Positions 1 through 12,041 of a stretch of DNA of 64,000 nt are shown here, in pieces. Under the pieces are notes generated by a model. It was not told the origin of the DNA, made no database searches, and saw nothing but the letters and a program-made list of their open reading frames with translations. The position numbers and the translations under genes were made by a program. Origin of the DNA: Octopus sinensis (Eukaryota); contig NC_043002.1 of the NCBI RefSeq assembly GCF_006345805.1, positions 11,904,001 through 11,968,000 on the forward strand. The letters run 5' to 3'. The stretch's first letter is position 1. Every line of letters begins with the position of its first letter.

Positions 1-286
1 AGATACCAGGAAACCCCAAAATCGCAGAAATTCGAAAGATAGAGCTCATGGGAATAGAGCCCCTATCCTACGTAAAATACTATCTGTGTAATCTCAAATT
101 CTAAAACAAACACATTTTTATGGTTTCTTAAACATTCTCTAGAATACCACTCTATGTACAACGCCAAATATATGGCACTCTAGGCACAACACCAATATGA
201 ACTTCTAGCTTGCTGTCTCTTGAGGTCCCTGGGTGAGACTTGGAGCCAACTTGTACAAATGCAAAGCAAAAGTCAAACATAAAATA
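1..286 (+). mobile_element. 3' end of R4/Dong-type (restriction-like endonuclease, REL) non-LTR retrotransposon plus 3' UTR
   Basis: Manual translation gives PGNPKIAEIRKIELMG and, after a frameshift, ILRKILSV*. This resembles the REL C-terminus also seen at 30030 and 62505. The 3' UTR runs directly into (TAA)n. Confidence 0.6.
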
Positions 287-304
287 ATTAAGATAATAAT
301 AATA

Positions 305-371
<67 letters not shown>
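287..371. repeat. (TAA)n microsatellite
   Basis: Direct reading. Confidence 0.95.
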
Positions 372-372
<1 letters not shown>

Positions 373-438
373 TGAATAAAGTGGCAGACTTTTGGTGCGT
401 GACTCTTGGCCAACACTATTTTTGTGAGTACGTATATG

Positions 439-476
<38 letters not shown>

Positions 477-504
477 TATATATATAGATCGCTAATCACT
501 ACAC

Positions 505-658
505 ATTCTTTTTCTCTCCTTGTTTCTGTGTTACTTTCTGTGGAAGAGCATAGGCTCGAAACGTTAAAGCCTTTTCACTTACCGAGCGTTAAACTAACAC
601 ATCTGTTTGTTGTCTATACCACCTGTCTTCGACTTTTGTTTTTATTGTGAATTCTTCC

Positions 659-660
<2 letters not shown>
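505..660 (+). mobile_element. PLE-type terminal-repeat fragment with degenerate hammerhead-like motif (534-569)
   Basis: cttt-CTGTGGA-a-gagc atag gctc-GAAA-cgtt-aaag. The same family occurs at 33240-33380, 47860-48010 and 56497-56590. Confidence 0.5.
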
Positions 661-728
<68 letters not shown>

Positions 729-754
729 ACATTTCTATATACATTTCTATTTAT

Positions 755-1293
755 TGGCGGCGGCGTTTAATCGTGTGCCCGATAATTTATTTGTTTCTTC
801 TGGACCACTTCTTCTCCGCTGTCCAAATTTATGTCTCTCATGACTAATGAGGGCGTTTCCTCTGTAAAGCGTCTGTTGTAAAGTTCACAAGCGATCCGTG
901 GTGGAAGCTTTGGTTGTTGCAGCTTTCATTTTCTTTCCTGTCGTTTCTCTTTCCCTTTCCTCTGTCATTCAGCTTCAGACTGATCCGTTACAGTAGAGAT
1001 GGAATGAGGCCAGCAGGGGCCTGTCCTGAGATTCATTGTTTTGGCATCGATTCCAGTCAGTTTTATGATTTGCTTCAGCTGGTCTTTGAATCGAACGAGG
1101 GGACTACCAGGAGTCTTCTTCCAGTGAAAAGTTCACCATATAACATTTGACGGGCTAGCTTGGTTTCTTTCATTCTTGCCACGTGGCTCTCCCATCGCAG
1201 ACGATGTTTCAGGATGGTAGCCTCGATGCTGCTGCCTTTCGTTCCGTCCAAAACGGAGACACCGGTCACAGAGTCGTTCCATTTAATATTCAT
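755..1293 (-). mobile_element. RTE-clade LINE 3' fragment (decayed)
   Basis: ORF 1075..1293 contains LRWESHVARMKETKLARQMLYGEL...GRR, continuing as RFKDQLK in another frame. This is a typical RTE post-RT region. Confidence 0.8.
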
Positions 1294-1648
1294 AATAGAG
1301 CGGAGCTTCTGCTTATGAATATGTATATATATAGATATATATCATTCGATATATTATACAATATTCATATTTTATATCTCTGAAGAGTAGAAGGGTTCTC
1401 TATAAATGCTTATCAAAATAGGATTTCACTATAGGGACAGTTCTTCTGCGAAACGTTCGTAAGATGCTTAAATAATTAATTCAAAATTTTTAAATTATCA
1501 AATATATTTTATACATTATATTTTTATTTTTATATTTATTTATTTATATATATTTTTAATGCAATAATTTCTTTCACACGGGTATATCTTTATGATGAGT
1601 TTGGATATTGATTTTCTTTATTAATAATAATAACATATTATTAAAAAA

Positions 1649-1690
<42 letters not shown>

Positions 1691-1694
1691 ATAT

Positions 1695-1726
<32 letters not shown>

Positions 1727-1729
<3 letters not shown>

Positions 1730-1920
1730 GGTCCCGGGTTGATTCGGGGTTAACCACAGTAAATAAGGTACTCAATACATAGCAGAGTAAAATTAATTAT
1801 TATATAGAAGGAGCTTCTACAGGACTAGAACTGTTTCATTCAAGAGAAATCTTCAGGAAGCTCCTGAAGATTTCTCTTGAATGAAACAGTTCTAGTCCTG
1901 TAGAAGCCCCTTCTATAAAT
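1727..1920. mobile_element. Solo pseudo-LTR of a Naiad/Chlamys-like PLE, folded back into a palindrome
   Basis: 1727-1862 is nearly identical to 21681-21816, which abuts the RT ORF. 1803-1916 is a near-perfect palindrome. Confidence 0.8.
1812..1862 (-). ncRNA. Minimal type-I hammerhead ribozyme
   Basis: The minus strand reads agcttc-CTGAAGA-t ttc tctt gaa t-GAAA-cag ttctagtc ctg-TA-gaagct. Stems I, II and III all pair, and the cleavage triplet is GUA. Confidence 0.75.
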
Positions 1921-2217
1921 AATATATATATATATATATATATTATCGGCTGTATATACATAATGTGTGTTTTACTTCTACGCCAATTTGCTGCAGGATA
2001 GGGTCCAGGAAAAGATGTTTAAATATTTTTTATATATTGTAATAACATCAGCTGCCCTCCTCGTTTATTAATTCTTGACACGTTCCTGACAAACTTCAGA
2101 ATCTTTCCGTTTTCTATTACCTTCTTTCGACTCCAGGAAACAAGCCCACGCAGTACTCATTCACATTTATATCTAAATGCATGTTCACCAGCATCCCTAT
2201 TAGCACTCCGAGAACTC

Positions 2218-2591
2218 AAGGCCCGAAATTTTGGGGGAGGGGGCCAGTCGATAAGATCGACTCCAGTACGCAACTGGTACTTTATCGAACCTAAAAGGAG
2301 GGAAGGCAAAGTCGACCTCGAGTAAATTTGAATTCAGAACGTTACGACAGATGAAATACCTTTTTCTTTACTCTCCATAAGGGGCTAAACACAGAGAGGA
2401 CAAACAAGGACAGACAAACGGATTAAGTCGATTATATCGACCCCAGTGCGTAACTGGTACTTATTTAATCGACCCCGAAAGGATGAAAGACAAAGTCGAC
2501 CTCGGCGAAATTTGAACTCAGAACGTAACGGCAGACGAAAAACGGCTACGCATTTCGCCCGGCGTGCTAACGTTTTTACCAGCTCGCCGCC
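2218..2591 (-). mobile_element. Dimer of SINE family B (tRNA-like head plus gaggtcgactttgcctttcatcc core)
   Basis: Two consecutive cores with different tails, joined at gaaatacc. Confidence 0.85.
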
Positions 2592-4121
2592 TTTCTGAGA
2601 ACTCAATATATTTGTCATTTCATTACCACAGCTTGAAGTCCGATTTTGGTTTGATTCCTCGTTATCTAGCCGTCCGGCCATAGATCGATAAACGAACGTC
2701 CTGGGTTCGATTCATTTGATTAGACTCTTTATAGTTGAGCCACAGCATGGATGCAGTTTGGTGATTCATGCAAATTCTTAGAACAACTAACGTTTGGTTC
2801 CTCTGGAAGAGGAACCTTTGATAAAGCTTTACATACTAGCAATTCTTATTGGTAACATTGATAAATAGCGGAGGCTGGTGCCAATGCCAAAAACTCAATA
2901 TTTCGAAGCTACTGGAAGCTTAAGATCAGGAACCTGTTTTTATAATTGAAACCATTCTACATATTTTCCAAATATAATGTTCTAATAGAATCATGGAATT
3001 TACACTTATTTATTTCCCATGCCTATAAAATCTGTTCTTCTAACAGAAGAAATCAATAAATGTGAACCGAAACAGCGAGCATCTTGCTTTTTTGCGACAT
3101 TTTTCGATATTTATTTTATTCATTTTTCGTGATTATGGACATCGGCAAAAGACTGTTGAGCTATTTATACTAGTTTCGGTGAATAAATTAGATCTTACTT
3201 TTGAATATATTAGATTTGTGTTTGTTGAATGCAAATATTTATTTGCCATAAATATAAAATTGATGGTATGATTGCAAAAATATATAAAGAGATAACTTGT
3301 GTGTTTAAGTAATACCCCGATATTTGCTTGCGGAATTTTAATTTATTTTCGTAGAATGTGTTAAAATAAGAGTGTCACATTGTGATCTAATGATAAGTTC
3401 TCTGACCTTTTAGTAAACAATCTGCTCTCGGTAAAATTACGTACAAAGTCAATGAACGTATATCATATTTATTATGTGCAACAAAAGTAATGTTAGTTTC
3501 AAATAGCAATTTGTGTATCACACATAAAACAGATACACCACTCAAAGATTATTAACTCAGGTGTTCGTCTCGGAATAACAGCTCTTATAGACGTATGCTA
3601 CCTCGGGACGAATACCACAGTTAAGCTTTCCACGATGTACCTGCTTTATGTATGATACACCAATTACTGTTTATCGTATATTTCACAGGATCATACTGAC
3701 AGCATTAGAAGCATCCACCATCATCCTATGCTAGACGAAATGTCCTTCCGTTGATAGTGTTCAGAAATAGAAAAATAGACGTCCGTAGATCTACGTTAAG
3801 GAATCATTTCGTTTTTAACTTGGTACGGTGCGGTTTGAAAGTAATCCGGAACATAATCTGCTTAAAACGCAGTAGATCACACGTAAGTGTTTCGATTCTG
3901 AGACACTTTTAAATAGAGTATAATGACATATAGTTTTGCACAGATACTCATGTACATTCGGACATGGAAAGACAATACGCTGCACGATTTGCTTCAAGTG
4001 AAGAAATCCACCTTATAGCATAATATGGGTGTAACCACAACACTAGACCATGAATGATGCCAGTAGAACTTAGGCCGCATGTATTTCTGCGTTGATACAC
4101 TTCGTCAGCTATGTATATCTG

Positions 4122-5036
4122 AACACAGAGAGGACAAACAAGGACAGACAAACGGATTAAGTCGATTATATCGACTCCAGTGCGTAACTAGTACTTATTT
4201 TATCGACCCCGAAATGATGAAAGGCAAAGTCGACCTCGGCGGAATTTGAACTCATAACGTAATGGCAGACGAAATACCTATTTCTTTACTACCCACAAAG
4301 GGCTAAACATAGAGGACAAACATAGACAGACAAACGGATTAAGTCGATTATATCGATCCAGTGCGTAACTGGTACTTATTTAATCGACCCCGAAAGATGA
4401 AAGGCAAAACCGACCTCGGCGGAATTTGAACTCATAACGTAATGGCAGACGAAATACCCATTTCTTTACTACCCACAAAGGGCTAAACACAGAGAGGACA
4501 AACAAGGACAGACAAACGGATTAAGTCGATTATATCGACTCCAGTGCGTAACTAGTACTTATTTTATCGACCCCGAAATGAAAGGCAAGTCGACCTCGGC
4601 GGAATTTGAACTCATAACGTAATGGCAGACGAAATACCTATTTCTTACTACCCCAAAGGGCTAAACTAGAGGACAAACATAGACAGACAACGGATTAAGT
4701 CGATTATATCGATCCAGTGCGTAACTGGTACTATTTAATCGACCCCAAAGATAAAGGCAAAACCGACCTCGGCGGAATTTGAACTCAAACGTAATGGCAG
4801 ACGAAATACCCATTTCTTTACTACCCACAAAGGGCTAAACACGAGAGGCAAACAGGGACAGACAAACGGATTAAGTCGATTATATCGACCCCAGTGCGTA
4901 ACTGGTACTATTTAATCGAACCCGAAAGGATGAAAGGCAAAGTCGACCTCGGCGGAATTTGAACACAGAACGTAATGGCAGACGAAATACTGCTAAGCAT
5001 TTCGCACAGCGTGCTAACGTTTCTACCAGCTCGCCG
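4122..5036 (-). repeat. Head-to-tail array of five ~180-bp SINE-B units, only one with the tRNA-like head
   Basis: Units start at about 4122, 4305, 4485, 4663 and 4837. The head (gctaagcatttcg...agctcgcc) appears only at 4990-5036. Confidence 0.9.
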
Positions 5037-5066
5037 ACTGTATGTTGATATTTTAGACGTTCAGCG

Positions 5067-5270
5067 AGGGCGGCAAACTGGCAAAATCGTGAGGACACCT
5101 GACAAAATGCTTGACGGCATATCTTCCCTCTTTACGTTCCATGTTCAAATTCCGCTGAGATCGATTTTGCCTTCCATCCATTTTGGGGTCAAAAAATTGA
5201 CAGTGAAGCATTGTGGTCAATGTAATCTACAGGCCCTTTCCCCACAAATATCAGGCCTTATGCCCATGGG
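5067..5270 (+). mobile_element. Diverged SINE-B copy
   Basis: ggcggcaaactggcaaaatcg...gttcaaattccgctgagatcgattttgccttccatcc. Confidence 0.7.
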
Positions 5271-5696
5271 AGAGAGGACTATTTTATATGCGCGTATTAC
5301 TGAAAGAGAAAGAAATCAGTGTGGCTTGTGCCGTGTTCATTTGCTTGTGTTTAGAACGCAGTGCCATCCTTTTGTCATCCACAATGAAGTCAATGACTGC
5401 GTATATTATGTTCTATGTTGTTACTGTTACATCGTTTATCGCCGTGTATCTACTGATCTACCAGACGCATGAATAGATGTTTACTTTTGTGAATATCTTG
5501 TCTTGCTTTAATAGTATAATATAGTATATCGAAGACAATCCAATGAGAACATCATGAATTTATACAACTAAGTGTGAGATAATAAAGTTTGAGTTGGTGT
5601 TTGTTGCAGACAAGTAAAACAGTTTCTTAGTTTCTTTCGATGAAAATTCTGTTATTCATTTCTATTTCAGAGACAAAATTAAAAACAATTTACATC

Positions 5697-6100
5697 CGCA
5701 GGAGTGGCTATGTGGTAAGTAGCTTGCTAACCAACCACATGGTTTTGGGTTCAGTCCCACTGCGCGGCATTTTGGACAAGTGTCTTCTGCTATAGCCCCG
5801 GGCCAACCAATGCCTTGTGAGTAGATTTGGTTGACGGAAACTGAAAGAAGCCTGTCGTATATATGTATAGATATATATATGGTGTGTGTGTTTGTGTATC
5901 TGTGTTTGTCCCCCTAGCATTGCTTGACAACCGATGCTGGCGTGTTTACGTCCCCGTCACTTAGCGGTTCGGCAAAAGAGTCCGATAGAATAAGTACTGG
6001 GCTTACAAAGAATAAGTCCCGGGGTCGATTTGCTCGACTAAAGGCGGTGCTCCAGTATGGCCGCAGTCAAATGACTGAAACAAGTAAAAGAGAAAAGAGA
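5697..6100 (+). mobile_element. SINE family A (tRNA-like head, ccttgggcaagtgtct core, internal TA/TG microsatellite, (aaagag)n tail)
   Basis: Full-length match to the copies at 8642, 26304 and 30882. B-box-like ggttcagtccc is present. Confidence 0.9.
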
Positions 6101-6603
6101 GAGAGGTTGTTTATATATGCTACGCGTATACATGGCCGTTTTTAAATAGAGACCTGGGAATCTTTAGTTGTTCATATTTGTATTTTCCCTTCTATATTTG
6201 CTTTTAGAAATTTCTATATCGGATTTGTTGCTGTTGTTCAAATAATCTGTAAGACACCGTCAGTCTACAACGTATCTTACTATTTCTTTTTATTTCATGA
6301 TCTCTTTCTCGTTTTCTGCCCTATATGTGCCTCACTTCAAAAAATGTTCTCTCTAACTATCGATCTATCTGTCTGTCCTTTTATCTATCTAGCTGTCTAT
6401 TCATGTACCTGTCAATCATTGTACACAGCTTTGATAAAAAATATCTGAATAACATAACAAAACTAATAATTAACTCTGAAATCAATGACGCAGATGATTA
6501 CCACGAAATACATTTGACGAGAAAATATAATAGATCAGGGGGAAACGGTTTTGCAAATTATAGATAGCAGTATTTGAGCTTTCAGTACTTAATATAGTAG
6601 ATA

Positions 6604-6983
6604 GAAGCACTCCGTCGGTTACGACGATAAGGGTTCCGGTTGATACGATCAACGGAACAGGCTGCTCGTGAAATTAACGTGTAAGTGGCTGAGCACTCCA
6701 CAGACACGTGCACCCTTAACGTAGTTCTCGGAGATATTCAGCGTGACACAGAGAGTGACAAGGCCGACCCCTTGAAATACAGGTACAACAGAAACAGGAA
6801 GTAAGAGTGAGAGAAAGTTGTGGTGAAAGAGTACAGCAGGGATTACCACCATCCCCTGCCGGAGCCTTGTGGAGCTTTAGGTGTTTTCGCTCAATAAACA
6901 CACACAACGCCCGGTCTGGGAATCGAAACCACGATCCTACGACCGCGAGTCCGCTGCCCTAACCACTGGGCCATTGCGCCTCC
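6604..6983 (-). mobile_element. SINE family C (tRNA-derived head ggaggcgcaatggcccagtggttagggcagcggactcgcgg)
   Basis: Full head and 3' tail cgtcgtaaccgacggagtgcttc. Also at 16491, 36652, 54930 and 63855. Confidence 0.9.
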
Positions 6984-7019
6984 ACACTTAATACAGTACT
7001 CCTCCGCGGTAGCAATGAA

Positions 7020-7150
7020 GTCAATGTATATGTCGGGGTAGATTAAATAAGTACCAGTTATGCACTGGGTTTTATATAATCGACTTAATCCCTTTGTCTG
7101 TCCTTGTTTGTCTCCTCTCTGTTTAGACCCCTGTGGGCAATAAAGACATA
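7020..7150 (+). mobile_element. SINE-B 3' fragment
   Basis: ggggtagattaaataagtaccagttatgcactggg...tttgtctgtccttgtttgtc. Confidence 0.75.
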
Positions 7151-7870
7151 AATATATCTGTGTCAAACCATGCAATATCATCCTTTTTTTACTCGAAATT
7201 GACGAAGCATCATATGTTGCAATGTTCTCTGAAATGATTTTCTGCATTTTGAATGGGATTCAGAACAGGATCACTTCACTATTTACCCGATACACTAACA
7301 TTAATAGCTTTAACCCGGCGTTTTATTTCTTGGAACTTAGAATATAGTGCGGTTATCGCTGATCATATAAATAGGCATCTTCTTCAAAATATCAAAGTAG
7401 GTTTTACAGTCCATAGTTTGTTGTAATTTATAGACTTATCGAAATGCCAAATCTCCAGGTATGAATATGGCCTCTATATCGTAATGTATTGGCAGTGCTC
7501 GGCTTTCTCCCAATGTACACCGGAGTGCACTTTGAGTTTAATGGGAGATGGACGAAAGTAGATTTTAAAAGAAACTTGCATGTTTCGACACTATTCATAA
7601 TTTTAAGCTATTCTCTCTTAGTCCAATTTTTTGGTACCCGTCAAGTTGCAATTAATCCAGATTTTTTTTTCTTTTTTATGGAAAGCTGTTCTGGTTTAGT
7701 GAACGTCTTGTTACGAGTTTGAAAAGTTTTAGCTACATCTGATGTCATAATGTGTTAGTGATGCTTGTATAACATGGCTAGAATATTATTAGTAAATTGT
7801 TGTTGGCATCCTTTTTGTCTCGGGAGACAGTGGAGTTGCGCATAAAGTAGTCTAGTCCGGCTTTTACATT

Positions 7871-8260
7871 TCATGTTCTGATACATTTCCTGCTGTGGCT
7901 GTGTAGTCCTATCCTGGACAAACACTCCCTCTGGCAGGTACCGCAAATGTAGCGAAGACTGTTCCTGGCTGGTTGTAATGCCATAGTTTCTTGTTGACGT
8001 CTTTTCCTGTCTTTCCATTTCTCCTCTCTCTCTCTATCACTCCTTTGTTTTCCCTCTCTTACGGTACGTCGCCAGTCTCCACGGTTGCCGGCAACTGCCT
8101 CCCAACCGCTAGTATTGATGTTGCAGGCCTTCATGTCCCTTTTGCAAACATCCTTGTAACGTAAGAGCGGTCTACCCACAGACCTAGTACCCCTAGCAAG
8201 CTCTCCGTAACATGCCCAAGCCATCTCATACGTCTTTGTGTGAGGAGTGCAAACATGCTT
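7871..8260 (-). mobile_element. RTE-clade LINE C-terminal fragment
   Basis: ORF 7871..8410 contains YGELARGTRSVGRPLLRYKDVCKRDMK...WEAVAGNRGDWR...CGTCQRECLSRIGLHSHSRKC, an RTE C-terminus with a CCHH knuckle. Confidence 0.9.
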
Positions 8261-8641
8261 GGTATTCCTGCTTGCCTGAGGACATCTTTGTTGGGGATAT
8301 GGTTCTGCCATTTGATGCGGAGGAATTTTCGGAGGCAGCACGGGTGAAAGATGTTTAGGCGACGCTCTTAGTAAATTGGTATTCAATATAAACACTATGT
8401 AACATACCACGAATTGATACTTTATATCACACCTCCATTAAAAAATTGGGTTATCTCCTCCAACTAAAAATATTGTTTAAAAAAAAAATGAAAAATAAAT
8501 AAACATGAAAAGCGAAAAGATTATACATCTTACTAAATCTAGTAATATTTTTATAAGAAATCATACAAAACTGAAAGAATTAACACTGAAAACTGAAAAA
8601 ATTAAGCATCTTATTGAATCTAATAACATTTTTATAACACT

Positions 8642-8790
8642 AGGCGCAGGCGTGGATGTGTGACGAATAGCTTGCTTACCAATCACCTGGTTCCGGGTTC
8701 AGTCCCACTGCAAGTTTCTTCTAATATACCCTCGGGCTGACCAAAGCCTTGTGAGTGGATTTGCTGGACGGAAACTGAAAGAAGCCCGTC

Positions 8791-8835
<45 letters not shown>

Positions 8836-9095
8836 GTGTGTGTGTGTGTGGTGTGTGTGTATGTATATATTTGCGTGTGTATGTTTGTGTGTCTTTGTTT
8901 GTCCCTCCAACATCGCTTGACAACCGATGCTGGTGTGTTTACGTCTCCGTCACTTAGCGGTTCGGTAAAGAGACCGATAGAATAAGTACTAGGCTTACAA
9001 AGAATATGTCCTGGGGTCGATTTGTTCGACTAACGGTGGTGCTCCAGCCTGGCCACAGTCAAATGACTGAAACAAATAAAGGAATAAAAGAATAA
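8642..9095 (+). mobile_element. SINE family A
   Basis: Same structure as the copy at 5697. Confidence 0.9.
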
Positions 9096-9299
9096 GTGAA
9101 TAAATTATACCATTCCTATCGTGGAGGCCAAACGTCAGCAATGTGTTGAAGTACTGAATCGAAAGGATCTAATCCTTCTAATCCAATTTCTTGTCGCCAC
9201 ATAAACACAATTTTTAACCCTATATTTTAATGGCAACATTTTAATGGGGGTGTGATAGCCGAAAAGTACCAACGAATTTTAACCTTGTATATGCTTCCG

Positions 9300-9309
9300 T
9301 GTCTGTGAG

Positions 9310-9347
<38 letters not shown>

Positions 9348-9563
9348 TGTGTGTGGGTGTGTGGGTGTGTGTGCGTGTGTGTGTGTGCGTGTGTGTGTGT
9401 GGTGTGCGTGTGTGTGTGGCGTTGTGTGTGTGGGTGTGTGTGTGCGTGTGTGTGTGTGTGCGTGTGTGTGTGTGGGTGTTGCGTGTGTGTGTGCGTGTGT
9501 GTGTGTGTGTGTGTGTGCGTGTGTGTGTGTGTGTGTTGTGTGTGGTGTGTGTTGTGTGTGTGT
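9300..9563. repeat. Degenerate (GT)n microsatellite
   Basis: Direct reading. Confidence 0.95.
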
Positions 9564-9582
9564 AACGTATGGTATAATTATA

Positions 9583-9815
9583 AGGCGGCGAGCTGGCAGA
9601 ATCGTTAGCACGCCGGGCGAAATGCTTAGCGGTATTTCGCCTGTATTTACGTTCTGAGTTCAAATGCCGCCTAGGTCAACTTTGCCTATCATCCTTTCGG
9701 GGTCGATTAAATAAGTACCAGTTACGCACTGGGGTCGATATAATCGAATTAATCCGTTTGTCTGTCCTTGTTTGTCCTCTCTGTGTTTAGCTCCTTGTGG
9801 GTAGTAAAGAAATTG
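9583..9815 (+). mobile_element. Full-length SINE family B
   Basis: aggcggcgagctggcagaatcgttagcacgccgggcgaaatgcttagcgg...gtagtaaagaaat. Confidence 0.9.
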
Positions 9816-9904
9816 GCATAATTATAAGCAGAGAAAATTTTAGCTATTTCTCCGCAGACTAAGTAAAAACTAAGCATCGTTTCGAAACATGAAATTCATA
9901 ACAA

Positions 9905-10475
9905 TGCAGATGTTTTATTCATCAAAATAAGTACCGTTACAATCAACACATTTTTGCCAACGAGTTACAAGCTTGCTTATTCCGGTAACATCAAAATTTG
10001 GAGTTCTGGAGCTGATGAACTCTTTGAAGGCATTTTCAGTATCGGTTAGATACTTGAAATCCTCTCGAAGGAAACCATCAAGGTGCTTGAAAAAGTGGTG
10101 GTCGGTTGGAAAAAGGTCTGAGGAATGAGCTGTGTGGGGGAAAATTTCGTAGCTATGTTCTCTCAACTCTAGAGCGTGATTAGTGAAACCTGTGCTCGAG
10201 CATTGTCCTGAAAAATAATTGGCCTTCTTCTGTTGACCAGTCAAGGATAGATAAGTAGCAGATTCTCGTTCATTTCGGCAATTTTATGGCAATATGTTTC
10301 TGCAGTAATGGTTTTTTCCGGGTTTTAAGACGTTATAGCGGATGAGTACAGCAGTACAGCACCAAACAGTCACCATAACCTTCTTTTTTCAAAAGCTTGG
10401 GTTGAGGGAAGGTTTTCAATGCTTCATATTTGTCCGACCACTGCAAAGGACTTTTTTTTTGTCAGGGTACAGAAT
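9905..10475 (-). mobile_element. Mariner (Tc1/mariner) transposase 3' half, decayed
   Basis: KKVMVTVW..., IIFQDNARA, PHTAHSSDLFPTDHHFFKHL (HPPYSPDLAPSDY-like) and RWQKCVDCNGTYFDE*. Confidence 0.9.
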
Positions 10476-10763
10476 ATATACATTTGTATAAATGTAAGTA
10501 TGTACATATACGTATTAATATATGCATATATATTATTTATATTATATTATACATATATATATATATATATATGTTATATATAACATAAATAATATATATA
10601 TAATATAAATAATATATATATATATGTATATATATTATTTGCTTACATCCCTACGAAAGATTATTTCTGTCTATGTATATATGTTACTATCACCTTTACC
10701 AGCATACTTTTCACGTCGATCTCTCAATCTCACTCACGTTCACATCCTCTACTTATATGCTTT

Positions 10764-10805
<42 letters not shown>

Positions 10806-10949
10806 CTTAATTATATTTGGGAGAGAATTTAATGAACAGTAAGCAGAATTTTAATGCGAGAAAATGGCAAAAAACAAAAACGAAACAAAACAAACAACAT
10901 ACATCGATTTGTAAAGAATGCTTGAGAAGCAGTATTAGTAAGAACGAAA

Positions 10950-10997
<48 letters not shown>

Positions 10998-11340
10998 GAA
11001 TGAAAGAGAGAGAGAGTGAGACAGAAGGAGTGAGTGTATATGTGTTTGTATCTGTGGTGGCAATAACAGAAACAGAGAGGGGAGACAAGGGAAAGAGAAG
11101 CGAAGGGGAAAAAAATGGAAAGCTTGTACGAATACATTACAGTTGATGAGGTGTAATTTACTAATTTAAATCATTAATTGGAAGGATAGTGAACAATTCC
11201 GAGTTTATTTGTCAATTTAAGTGATAAATTTTCTGGAATATTGTCACGTTCAATAAAACATTTACATTCCTGACTTGCTGGTTATCAAACGAATATCTGA
11301 CGATAAAAGAGATAAAACGGTAACTATAAGGATAGATAGA

Positions 11341-11384
<44 letters not shown>

Positions 11385-11814
11385 AAGGTAGGGGCAGAGT
11401 CGCAGAAATTTAGAGAGAAGGGTGGGGTGGGTAGGGAGAAAGAGAAATGGTGCTTAATGAAAAATCAAGATAACAACAACAGAATTAATAATACTAATAA
11501 TAGTATCGATTGGAAAGGTGATAAACGAGAAATCAATGATAGAGAAATAGGTAGCTTCAAATGAAATATGTGGAGAAATAATGAATACACTCATTTAATA
11601 CAAGTTTATGTGTGTGTATGTGCGTGAGTACGTTCTTGTGTATGTACGAGTGTAAGGGTGTTGGCATATACACACATATATACATACAAACGCGCTTGTC
11701 TTTTTTTTTTTTGCCTTTTGTTGTTTTTTTGCCTTTTGTTGTTTCTCTTGTCCATCTTTGTATCGTCTGTCTGTCCGAATGTTTTAATGTCCTCTATTGC
11801 GTTTTTGTTCCATT

Positions 11815-11910
<96 letters not shown>

Positions 11911-12041
11911 CCGAAATGTATAGTATTAAATGTCCTTCACGGCTGATCTTACCTATCGGTTTCACGTAAAGAATACAATGGCGTGTTAGGCAACAAGCCG
12001 ATTATATAACTTTACGCTCTTCAGGGTTAGCCGATATGGAA

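Noticed and set aside
2796-2816. 9-bp perfect hairpin ggttcctct-gga-agaggaacc
   Set aside because: It is too short and isolated to exceed chance expectation convincingly in 64 kb.
4075-4115. Minus-strand CTGACGA...GAAA
   Set aside because: Stem II is weak and there is no stem I partner; this is compatible with chance.
4122-5036. Regularly spaced repeats that might suggest a CRISPR array
   Set aside because: The units are whole SINE bodies with no unique spacers, and the context is eukaryotic with no cas genes.
6900-6983. tRNA-like sequences at SINE heads (also 14573, 16491, 30882 and 55245)
   Set aside because: They continue into SINE bodies and lack a complete acceptor stem, so they are not tRNA genes.
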